64,000 nt of DNA, taken from positions 28,210,001 through 28,274,000 of the forward strand of contig CP158635.1 of the NCBI GenBank assembly GCA_050273025.1. The letters are read 5' to 3'. The position numbers and the translations under genes are program-made. Source of the DNA: Cenococcum geophilum (Eukaryota). Below the pieces are notes generated by a model. The model searched no databases and was not told the DNA's origin. It worked only from the letters and a program-made list of their open reading frames with translations. Below are positions 13,001 through 24,460 of the stretch, piece by piece (position 1 is the stretch's first letter; every line of letters starts with the position of its first letter).

Positions 13001-16000
13001 GCTAGGAATGTATAGGATACTCTCTAATTATGCTAGATTAATGTCTACCTAGGACCCCTAGATTAAGTCATTTATAACATAGGAAGGAACTTCTTATCTA
13101 TAAAGTTTCGGCAATAAGTAAAAGCAATGGCAATTAAGGTTAAGGAAGTCCCTATTAAGGCATATAATAGCGTTAAAAAAGTAGAATAATATTATACACC
13201 ACTACGCCGAGTGTATAAGATCATTTCTTCAGAACTAGAGAATGCTAGTAAAGAGCTTATCTTACAGATAGCTGTTAAGGCTGTTAATGACTCCGCTGGT
13301 CTAGATAGGCTTATACCCATATTACTAGTCTTTAGCGCCTACCCTTAAATAACTAATAATTCTCTACTATCTCCCTCTATTATGCAATAAGCCGAGGCTA
13401 TTTATAAAGTAACGAAAGAGGTATGACGTCTCTACGCTACGTGTTAGGTCAATAATATACTAGGAATGAGAAATGGCCCAAACACCTTAACTACGCTTAA
13501 TCTGCCACTCCAATTTAAAGTACAGGTATGGCGTAAAAAGGGAGGATAGTTAGGCCCATATAAACTTATTATAATTAATAGTTAAACTTGTACTCTTTAG
13601 ATGCCCTATAGACCTACTTAATTCCGTTTAACCGTTATTAGGCCCTACTATAAAGATAATAGTTCCGAGCCTTTACAAAATGCCCTAAAAGATGCTCTAG
13701 AAGATGCCCTAAAGGAGAACCATAATTAGTATACCCTAGAAGGCGACTATAATCCTAATATAATTGTAGTAGATATACCGCAACCACGACGTAGTAGAGG
13801 CCGCCCGAAGGGATTACGAAATTGCCAACATCTTATCGATTTTGAAGAGCAATTTATTGCCGCTATTAAGAGTAGAGCTGAGCTGTTAATGGCCTTTATA
13901 ACAGCTAAAGAGAAGGCTAACTTCGAGCTCACAAAACAGCTCCAAAAGGAAGGTCGTATTATAACTCCAGGAGCCCCCTTCTAAGCATCCGACAAGCGGG
14001 AGATCGACAGTCTTATCGCGAGAGGAGTTTTTAAATTTGAGAAGTATGACCCTACCAAGTTCGATGGAATTTATATCTTCAAGTCAAGAATAGTTAATGA
14101 GATTAAGGGTAAGGCTACTGACGCCCCATTTAAGAAATTAAGGCTTATTATTTAAGGTTATAACAATAATAGTAAGGAGACAATCCTTACGCAATCTCCT
14201 ACAATTTAACGAGCTAGTTAGCAAGTCATTATTGTACTAGCTCCCTCCTTAATAAAGAACGGAATAGCAGTTTATTTGCGAGATATTACTTAAGCCTATA
14301 CCCAATTAGAGACGTGCCTTTAGCGCTTAATACTCGCATATCTTCTAGAGCAAATTCGCTACTAATATCCTAAAGATACAATTATAGTTATCCTTAAGCT
14401 ATTATACGGAATCGCAGAGGCAAAAACCTATTAGTGGGCTATTTACAGCAAGCACTACAAAGAGAAGCTTTTGATAACTACTTCTATATTTAATCCCTAC
14501 TTCCTTATTATAACTACAGGAACTCTATTTGGAATTGTTAGTATATAAACTAACAATATAATTATCTTAGGAGACGACCAATTCTTAGCTCTTAAAGAAG
14601 ATAAGCTAGTAAAGGCAAATCTTATAGCAAAGCCAAAGGAAAGACTTGATTTAATAACACTATTGCTCTTTAATGGATATATCCTTTCTATAAATGAGAA
14701 TTCCATTGCTTTACGCCAGAAAGGTTAAGGCAAGAAGATTAACGTTGTTAACGTTAATTCTCTAAAACAAGGATACGTGGAATAACGCGCTTGTGGGGCT
14801 TATGTTGCTTCTATTTGTTAACCTAAGGCTTCCTTTAATCTCTTTGTTGCCGCCTAACACCAGGAACCAACTAAGGATGATATTCTTGCTCTAAATAAGC
14901 GCCTTCTCTAGTAGATGAATTATCTCGACCGAGGGCTACTCTATATGCCTATTAATCTCCCTACCGCCAAGATCTTTGTATTTATTAATGGATTGTTTAC
15001 TAATAATAAAGATTTTAGCTTCTAGTTAGAATATAAGATTATTATCGCGAACAAATCTACTAGAGAGAATAACTTTATAATCTATGGCAACCTTATCTAT
15101 TAGAGCTTAACTAAGAGTAAATATATTACTTAAAGCGTTCTAGCGTTAGAGATATATAGAATAGTTAGCGGAGTTAATATGGTAATTACAATTGGAACTA
15201 CCCTTAAGATAATTACGGATCGACTTAAAATTCCCGCTATTCCTATAATTATATACACCAACTTATACTCCCTCTACGAGTGTTTAGTCAAGCTTGGCAC
15301 CATAAAGGAGAAGCGCCTTATAATCGATATTATGGCACTTCGGCAATCCTACAAGTGTTAAGAACTCTTTAAGATTTAATAAATTAATAGCTAAGATAAC
15401 CTAATAGATATAATGATAAAGGCAAACCTAAATAAGGCACTAGAGACATTTATTAATATAAATACTCTACGTATACAAGTTAAAGGTTGGGTTAAGAGGG
15501 AAATTTAGAGAAGTTAAGATCTTATAGAACTTCGACCGCCAGTTGAAGTTATTTAATTGGTTAGATTCTTGCTAAAAGCGCCGCGCCTAATTAATTTAGG
15601 TGGCGGTATAAAGTTCTGCCGACGCTATTTGTTAATCTAGCTAATTAGGATTTTCTATACCCGGTATAGAAAATCGCCATTAGCTTGCTTACCACTAGCG
15701 CCTTAGTGGCCCCTTTATATTTGCGTTAACCCTAATATCCTTTTTCCCCTTTTTCTTCTCCTTAGCTTTATATCCTTATATAGTGGCAATCTATAAGTAT
15801 ATATAGATGGCAACTATAAAAGAAGAGTTGCTAGTGTCGGGAATAGGGCAAGCGGTCGTCATGTGTTATTACGTGTCGCCGCGACACTACTATAGCGAGG
15901 AACCTTAAGTTCCTTGCCCTTCCCCTTTTATAATATACAATAACAATTATTATACTATCTACGAACCGTAGCTATGTGATATCCCCTTATAAGTCCAACA
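10084..16000 (+). mobile_element. Ty1/Copia LTR retrotransposon B (RIP-inactivated), nested in the pol region of Copia A
   Basis: 166 bp LTRs at 10084-10249 and 15835-16000 (TGTCGG..AACA) with TSD AAGAC. Protease IMLDTKAAGVS (~12317), integrase, RT, and RNase H remnant (ORF 15179: YTNLYSLYECLVKLGTIKEKRLIID). Confidence 0.95.
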
Positions 16001-17404
16001 AAGACAATGTAAAGAGTCTTAATAAGTAATTAAGCTAGCAGATTAAGAATATAAATAGAGGCCTAAAGTTTATTAAGCTAGACGTTAACACCTTATAACT
16101 CCTAGTATTTACGGATACTTCCTTTACTAATAATAAGGACTTATCTTCGCAAATTAGCTATATACTTATACTAGCAGACGCCTTAAATAAGGCAAATATT
16201 ATTTACTAGTCCTTAATTAAGTGCAAAAGAGTTACTAGGAGTGTATTAGCCTTAGAGTTATACGGCATAGTGCATAGTTTTAATATAGGCGCTATAATTA
16301 AATCCACGCTAAACAAGGTCTTATAGGTTAACTTACCACTTATTCTCTATACTAATTTAAAGTCTTTATATAACTGTCTTGTCCGACTAGGAACTACGTA
16401 AGAGAAACGCTTAATAATTAATATAATATGCCTTCGCTAAGCCTATAAACAAAGACAGATTACTAAAGTTAAGTAAATCAATAAAGATACTAACCCTGCG
16501 GACGCTATAATAAAGGGTAAGCCCTATACGGCACTATTATAGCTTATTAACACGAATTAAGTTAAATTATGGGCTATAGGGTAGGTTAAGCGAACGGATT
16601 TAACTTTGGTTTAGTGTTGGCGCTAGTACTAAGCGAGCTAATAGCGATTTTCTATCCCAGGGATGGAAAATCCTAATTAGTTGGCAGAAGTTAGGTTCGG
16701 CAGAATTTAGCAGAATTTAGTAATATGGCAGAATTTGGCAGAATTTGGTAATATAGTAGAATTTGGCAAAAAGTCGCTATTGCGTATACGTTACAAGTAG
16801 TTTAGAAGACTTAACTTTGGAATATAGATTAGCCTTCTATTTAGAGTTGCTCTAGTGTTAGAATATTAATTACGTAACGTAGTTACGGGACTACGAAGCG
16901 AGACTAACTGTCTAACCTTAGAGTAACCCCTTTCTTCTAGATAACAATAAACTACTAACTTTAACACCGCATACGTACCACTACGAGTGATATTTGTGCA
17001 CGTTGATAAAGCGAGTATACCGACAGTACCCTATAATACCCCGCTTTAAAAGCGGATTAACTCCTAGCTCTAGAGCTAAGAAATAGTATTATATACTAAT
17101 ATTCTTTTAAAGGGGTCTATAACATAGATATAGGGGTATATTATGCTATAAGTTAGGCTATATTGCAAAGTTTAATAGTTATAAGAACTAGTTAGGGTTA
17201 GGGAATTTCAGTACTTTTAAATTAACTTAGTAACCCCGCCATACTAAATAACCTTTACTTATTATTATAGCTAAGTTTAGCGCATAAGACTAATAGAAGG
17301 GCTTATAGTTAGTAATATTAGTAAATACGGCAGTGCTTATTCGCTATAACGCCAAGCTTATTACCGTTATTAGTCTTAACGCTAACTATAGCCTATTTTC
17401 TCTA

Positions 17405-20400
17405 TGTTACGGCTTATATAAATACCTCTAAACCAAAGCTTATAGAATGCTGTATTACGAAGATACTAAGCTAAAGAGAAGGAAAAAGGGTCGCTAGGAC
17501 TAATGTAAACAAATATATAGGGTAAGCCGCTAAGGCGCTAGCTTTAGGCGGGCTAATTATAGGTTAGTAGAATATAGCAGAATTTGGCAGGTAACGTGCA
17601 ATAGCGCCGTTACATCACCCCCCTCTTTAAAAGAAAGCCTACCCTTAGGCTTAGTTAGAAAATAGGGTAGCACTAGGCTTATAAATATAGGATTATAAAA
17701 TATAAGATAAGAAGATAAAGGGGATATAAGTACGTCTAGACTAAGTATAAAGGGCAATTATAGGCTAAGTAGAAGCACTAAGCTAGAAAGAGTAGCCGTT
17801 AAAAGTCTTAGCACGGATCTAGCTAATTAGATAACTTTAACCAGCGGTCGAAGTTCCTAGATATCTAAAATTTTACAGTACTGGCAAAAAACGGCAGAAT
17901 TTAGCAGGCAGCTATATTAGGGCTTTAGGGCGTTTTTATCCCTATATTCTTCCAGTAACTTATTGTCTTTATTATACTAGCATTCCATCTATTTATCTAG
18001 GTACTTTAGGGGTCTAGGCGTATTAGGGTATTAATTATAGAATTCTTTAAGCTTTTAGGGGCAGCCTATAAAGTTCTATATAGGGTATTAGGTTAGGTTA
18101 GGATCGTAGCCCTTCCATTAAATATAGTATTTTAGCGTTCCCCGTACTATCTTATAGGCTAGTATTTTATTAACCTCCCATTTATTATTACCGTTTACTT
18201 AAACTGGTAGAGGAGGCTCGTTCTTTTATCTGGGCAATAGGTCGTTTATAGCTTTCCGTAACTTATCTAGCAAAAAAATAGGGTAAACCCTAATTAAATC
18301 TGGGAGCTTTATCTTATATAAGTTGCCTATCTTCTTAAGAACCTTATACGGTCCTACCATCTAGTAGTCTAGCTTATAGTTAGGTCGTTTAGTCTTCTAA
18401 TTCCTTATTATAACCTAGACTATATTACTAGGGATAAAATTAGGCTTTTAACGGTATTTATTCGCCTACTATTCTATTAACCTCTAAGCTTTTTCCAAGT
18501 TCTTATAGGCTACCGTCTAGGCTTCCTTCAATTATTTAGCGTACTATTAGGCCTTAGTATAGGATAGCTTCTCTTATATAGTCTAGGGTTCTTCTAGCCT
18601 TTTCTAGTTAAAGCTTATATGGGGTAAGTATTCTATTTCTAGCTAAATTAGGGCAAACCCTATAGAGTTATGGGGTAGGGTTACTTGCACGTAGTCTATT
18701 AAGGGTAGTAGTTTAGACTAATTATCCTTAAAATAGTTAATAAAGGGCCTAAGCCTCTAGTCTAGGTATTAATTTATAATCTCTATCTAACCGTTTATCT
18801 AGGGGTAATAAGCTATAAAAAGCTTTAGCTTAATACCTAGGATCTAGGTAAACTTATTCTAAAAGGCCGATATAAACTATAGCCTATAATTAGATATAAT
18901 AGTATCTAGTAGTCTATAGATTTAGTAAACGTAATAGACATATAGCTAGGCTACCTCTTTAGTATTAATATTCTTATAACAGGGAATTAAGAATAGGCGT
19001 TTACTAAAGCGGTTAACTATAACTATAACCATATTATATCCGTTACGGTCCCTAGGTAGTTTATAAAAGTCTATAGAGATATACTACTAAGGGCGCTCTA
19101 GTATTAGGAGTAGCTTAAGTAGTCCTAGGGTCTTATCCCGTGGGATTATAGCTCTCTGGTAATCTTCGCAGTTCCATATATATTAATTAATATCCACAAC
19201 TATTCTTAACCAGTAGTAGCGGCAGTTAATAATTTTACGGGTCTTATTCTTACTAGGGTGTGCCGTAGAAACTTAACAATAAGCTTCGCGGATTAGTTTA
19301 GGCTATAGATTATTAATATTAGGGATTATAAGCCGCTCCTAATATAGGAGCAATCCTTCCTCCGTCTTAAAATTAGGGTCTTCTTTTACAGCTTATTTAC
19401 GGAGGGCCCTTAAGGCGTTAGCTATATGGTTTACAGTTAAAAGGCAGTTAATTAGCCCTATTAGCTTATCTAAGGACTCCTCTATTAGTACTAGCTCGTT
19501 TTACTAAAAGTCTAGCTCCTTAAGGATCCGTAGGTCGAGCTGTTCTAAATAGAGGAGGGCGCGCGTCCAATATTAGGTCTTTAGCTTATTCTAAGGTCCT
19601 ACGTCTTATTCTTTTCGGGTTAGGGTATTAGCCTTAGAGTTTTACTTACCAAAACGAGATATAATCGTAAAAAAGAATTAGAAGAGTATTTTAGCCTACT
19701 GGGCTTATTATCTAGTAAGCTGCTTTATAGTTATAAAGTACTCTAGGGCTTTATAATCTGTATATATCTTAATCTAGGAGTTTATACCTTTAAGCTCTAC
19801 ACATTATTAGGAGAGTAATTAAATAATAGCTAGCATTTCTTTATTATATACTTTATAGTTACACTTAGCCGGGTCTATTATCTTTAAGAAAAAAGCTATA
19901 GGGTACCATTCGCCGTCTAGATGTAACTGTAATAGGATTCCCGCTATAACCCTATTAGAGGCGTCCGTTTTTAGCATTAATTTAAAGTCCGGGTTATAGT
20001 AATAAAAAATTAGGGAAGAGATAAGCCGATCTTTTATTTCTTTAAAGGCTTCTATATAGCTATTATTAAAGATAAAAGGTATATCCTTCCTAGTTAGTTA
20101 TATAAGATGTTTTGCCATAATTCCATAGTTATAGATAAACTAATAGTAGAAGTTACAAAAACCAAGGAAGGATTAGATTCCTTTTACTATATAAGGGGGC
20201 TTCTAGTTACGGATTGCCTCTACCTTCTTAAGGTTAACCTTAATTCCTTCTATAATTATAATAAACCTAAGGTATTTTATACGTTTTACCCTAAACTTAT
20301 ATTTCTTAATATTAACTTATAAGCCCGCGTTCTGTAGTCTCTCTAGGACCTTTTTAATATAAACTTAATACTTAAGTTTATCGTCTAAGTATATAAGAAT

Positions 20401-23400
20401 GTTGTCTAGGTATACCATACAGAATTCGTTAAGGTAATTAAAAAGAACGTTATTTATATACCTTTAGTACATAGCCGGTCCGTTTATTAGTCTAAAAGGA
20501 AGAACTTTATATTTATAGGAACTATAACGGGTACGGAACGTTATTAAATCTTTAGATATAGGGTCTACCCTAATTTAGTAGAAAGCTTAGCGGATATTAA
20601 GTTTAGTAAAGATCTTTACCTAGCTTAGACGTATAAGGGTCTTATTAATTAAAGGAATAGAATACCGGTCCTTTTAAGTAATAGTATTTAGCTTTTAATA
20701 GTCGATACAAAAACAAAGGCCTTTATTAGGCTTTTTTACGAACAGAATAGGGGAAGTAAAAGGGGCTTAACTTAGCTTAATAAACCCTTTATCCAGGTTG
20801 TCAATTAAGTACTACTTTATTACTTTTAGCTTATCCGTTAATTAATAGTAAAGGGGGCTATAGCCTAGCGAGTTATTGGCTTCTAATTAAATCTTATAAT
20901 TATATATTTAGTAGGGGGGTAACTTATCTAAGGCCGCCTTTAAGAATGCATCCTTATAGTCTATATAAATAGTAAAAAGGAGGCGTTTAACTAGTTCCTT
21001 ATTGATTTCCTTAGCTGGCCTTTCCTCTCTATTATTAATAATTCGGTTAATCTTATATAGGCTCGTTATAAAGACCTTATTATCCTTCCGGTATATATTA
21101 AAGTGGAACGCTATAGCGCTAATTACAGTAATATCTATAGTAGGGGGGTTACCTAATAATAGGGGTATATATAACTTTAGGGATTTTGGGGTACTAGCGT
21201 TATTATTACTCCTTTTAGCTCCTATTATATCTTTTAGAGGTTACCCCTTATATCCTATTAATACGTTCTTTTCTATACCGGTTAGATCTATATAATTTAG
21301 ACATTATCTATATTACTATTTATTCCGCTTCCGTATATAAAGTCCTCTTTAAATATAGCGCTTTAGGAGAGTATCTTTATTAATACGGAGTTCTTTCTAG
21401 CTTCGCGGTAGGCATCTTCTTAGGTAAAGGCTAGGTTACGGGCCCAGATATCCTACTAGTAGGTAGGGTTAGCCCTTACGGCTAGTGTCTTGCGGTTAGT
21501 TTAGATCTCCCTAATAAAGGAGGGCAACCTTAATCTATCCTCCGGCTAGATAAACCGTCTTTATTATATGTTTAACTAAATATTAAAATAGGACATCTAT
21601 TTTCGTTTAAGGATTATATTGTAGGACCCTAGGTCTAGGATATAAAAGGGGATACTATATTAGCGTCGTCCGTTAAGAGCGATATATAACTTTAAGATAT
21701 AGGTAACGGGCCGACTGGCTTAGCTATTATAGCCTTTTACCTAGACAGGCTTCTCTAGTCGGATGGCTTCTGTATTTAAAAACTTAACAACATCATTTAT
21801 ATAGGCAGTATTTATAAAGGCAAAGCTATTTACTCTAGTGTTAATAAGGGCGGTTATATTAACTCTATATCTATTTTAAGATACTATATATAGAACTATA
21901 AAATACTTTCCACCTATTAACTAACTAAGATTAATCTCTTTAAGATTAATAGGGTACCCTAGGGGGAAGTCTTTCCCTAGGGTTCTCCTTTTCCCAACTT
22001 ATTAAACGTTTCTCCTTCCTCTATCTCCTTAATATCACCTATATCCTTTAGCTCCGGGTAGGATAAGGCAAAATAACCCTACTTATTATAGTTAAAGCAC
22101 GTAGCCAAGGCAGGGTTGATTAGAGTATTGCGGCGAATACTAGTTAATAGTATAGTATATAACTGGTCGGGTAAGGCTCGCTAGTGTATAGTTATAACCG
22201 CCTTTAGTATAAGAGTAGTTATAACTTATCTTTCTACTCTAGCTCCTATAGGTATAGCTAGCGAGTTCCAATTGTTACGAAGTCGCTTCTACTAATTAGG
22301 GTAGGCGTTAATCTGCTTTAGTTTTAAGCCTAATAATAGGTAACAAGCTGCGAGTCTTTTATAGGTTGGTAGGTTATCTAAGGTTATAGCGATCTTTTCT
22401 TATAGCCGGATTGTTAGCTTATTATATAGGTCTAATTAGTAGTTCTTAAGGGGAACCTAGCCTTCTTCTATAAGGTATAGGAATTAAGTCTAAAATTTAA
22501 TAAAGGGTTAGTTCGGTTTTATTATTAGGCGATTATAGTTATAATAGGCATCCCGTACTTTGTTTAGGTTAATATAAATAGCTAATAGGTGCCGTATTAT
22601 CTTATTAATAAATATAAATCGGGCAAAGGAGTCGTCCTTAAACTTGGCTTAAAGGTGCCGTTAGGCGTCCCTAGTAGTTCGACTAAAGAGGTAGAGCATT
22701 TTAGCTTCTTTAGAAAGGAAATAGTTATGGTTAACGCGGAGCTTTCCTTATACTTAAATCCTCCAATTTTTAAAGGTAGGGTCTATCCCATTAAATAGTA
22801 GTAGGGGGTTAGGAAGCTTAACGGACTTTAATTACTTTATTATTATATCTATACTCCCTAGTATATCGCATTTAGTGGAGTAAATAGGTCGGCTAGGGCT
22901 TTAAGAAGGGGAAGCCGGGCTATTTTATAGGGCTATAAGGCTTTCTAGGATCTCTTATAGGGTCTCTTATATATTTCTCGCTTTAAGATAATTAGCTTCC
23001 TAGCTGGCTACGAGGGCGCAAATCTACTCACATATATCTATAACTTTATCATTATCTTCGATTTCTAATCCTAATTAGATCTTAGGTTCCTCTTAGGTAA
23101 AGGCAGCTCTCTTAAATAAGCTTACTTTAGGTGCCATCGTTAGCTTCCTAAGGTTTGTCGGTATTATACGCTTCGGTTTTAATTCCGGGGTATAAGTCCA
23201 GTCCTATTTAGCTTATAAGGTGGGATATTATCTAGGCCTTCCCAGGCAATATAGAGTTGTTTTAGTATCTAAGTATAGCGCGTTAATGCGTTATTGCAGA
23301 CGAAGTTTCTTTAGGGTGGGATATTATTAAGGCCTTCCCAGGCAAGGTAGGGTAAGCTTAGTATAATGTTATGGCTTATATAAATACCTCTAAACTAAAG

Positions 23401-23576
23401 CTTGTAAAATACTATATTACAAAGATACTAAGCTAAAGAGAAGGAAAAGGGGTTACTAAGACCGATGTAAACAAATATATAGGGTAAGCCGCTAAGGCGC
23501 TAGCTTTAGGCGGGCTAATTACAGGTTAGCAGAATATAGTAGAATTTGGTAGGTAACGTGCAATAGCGCCGTTATA
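17405..23576 (-). mobile_element. Ty3/Gypsy chromovirus LTR retrotransposon C (RIP-inactivated)
   Basis: 210 bp LTRs at 17405-17614 and 23367-23576 with TSD CTCTA. PPT next to the left LTR on the - strand. RT VYLDNILIY (~20400), and chromodomain remnant WEVNKIL..Y.I*WKGY (~18100-18180). Confidence 0.95.
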
Positions 23577-24207
23577 CTCTACTTATACTTTCTCTATTTA
23601 CTAACCTTAAAAAGTAAACCCCTACTTATTAAGATATATTTACTAAAACAACTATTAAGAGATCTATTTATAGGCGGGGCAAAATCCCAGCTATATAAGA
23701 ACCCGACTTTATAATATACTATAAAAGGTTAAGAATTAGCATTTCTTAACTACTAAAGATTAAAAAATATATACTCTTATACTATCTACCTACCCTTTCT
23801 ACTAAATAAGAGTTTAAAATCTCGGTTATTAAATTAAGCCTACCCTGGCCTAGTGCTACTAAGCTTTATAGAGTCTACTATTAAGGTTCTAACTTCGTAA
23901 ATATCTATATAGATCTCTCAGTTATAGTTCACTATCCTTATCTTTATAGTAGCCGATAGTAAAGCTAGTAATAGCCTTACACATAATTTTAGGATTAGTT
24001 TTCTATAGATATTCTATTAGGATACTGCTATAGTAGTTATATTTTAGTAACTAGTTGCAACTTAGGCTTCGCAACTTCTTATTCTAGCTATAGCTACCTA
24101 AGTTATACTCTTAAAGCGGTAAGGATAAGGTATATTTTTTAGTTATCTATAATAATAATATAATAGAGTGCTAGTGCTAAAGTAATTTCTAGTATAATAT
24201 ATAAGGG

Positions 24208-24460
24208 TATTACGGAAGTAGGCATAATCTAGAATACAATATACTAAACAGGGTAGTAATTAAAGAAGGCTATATACGCGTAACTATGCGTAGTTAATAT
24301 AAAGATATTTGGATATAGAATAGAACAGAATAGAATAGGTTAGGTATAGGTATAAATAGAAATTATAGAAGAACGTGCGTAGGTGTCTCGGGACGAATAT
24401 AAGTATAGGTTAAGAATATTAAAACGCGCAGAGATATAAGAACGTGTGAGTCCCGTAACA
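24208..24460. mobile_element. Solo LTR (253 bp)
   Basis: TATTACGG (RIP of TGTTACGG) ... CCGTAACA, flanked by TSD AAGGG at 24203-24207 and 24461-24465. Confidence 0.85.

Larger units (their letters stand above)
4911..17025 (+). mobile_element. Ty1/Copia LTR retrotransposon A (RIP-inactivated), interrupted by Copia B
   Basis: 170 bp LTRs at 4911-5080 and 16856-17025 with TSD GTACC on both sides. The degenerate polyprotein is in Copia order: zinc knuckle (~7023), protease IINTGAS (~7481), integrase, RT (KSQLVIQAY ~9330), and RNase H (after 16005, NPADAI). Confidence 0.95.

Noticed and set aside
17192..17203. TTAGGGTTAGGG telomere-like repeat
   Set aside because: Only two units are present, which is easily produced by chance in RIP-mutated DNA.
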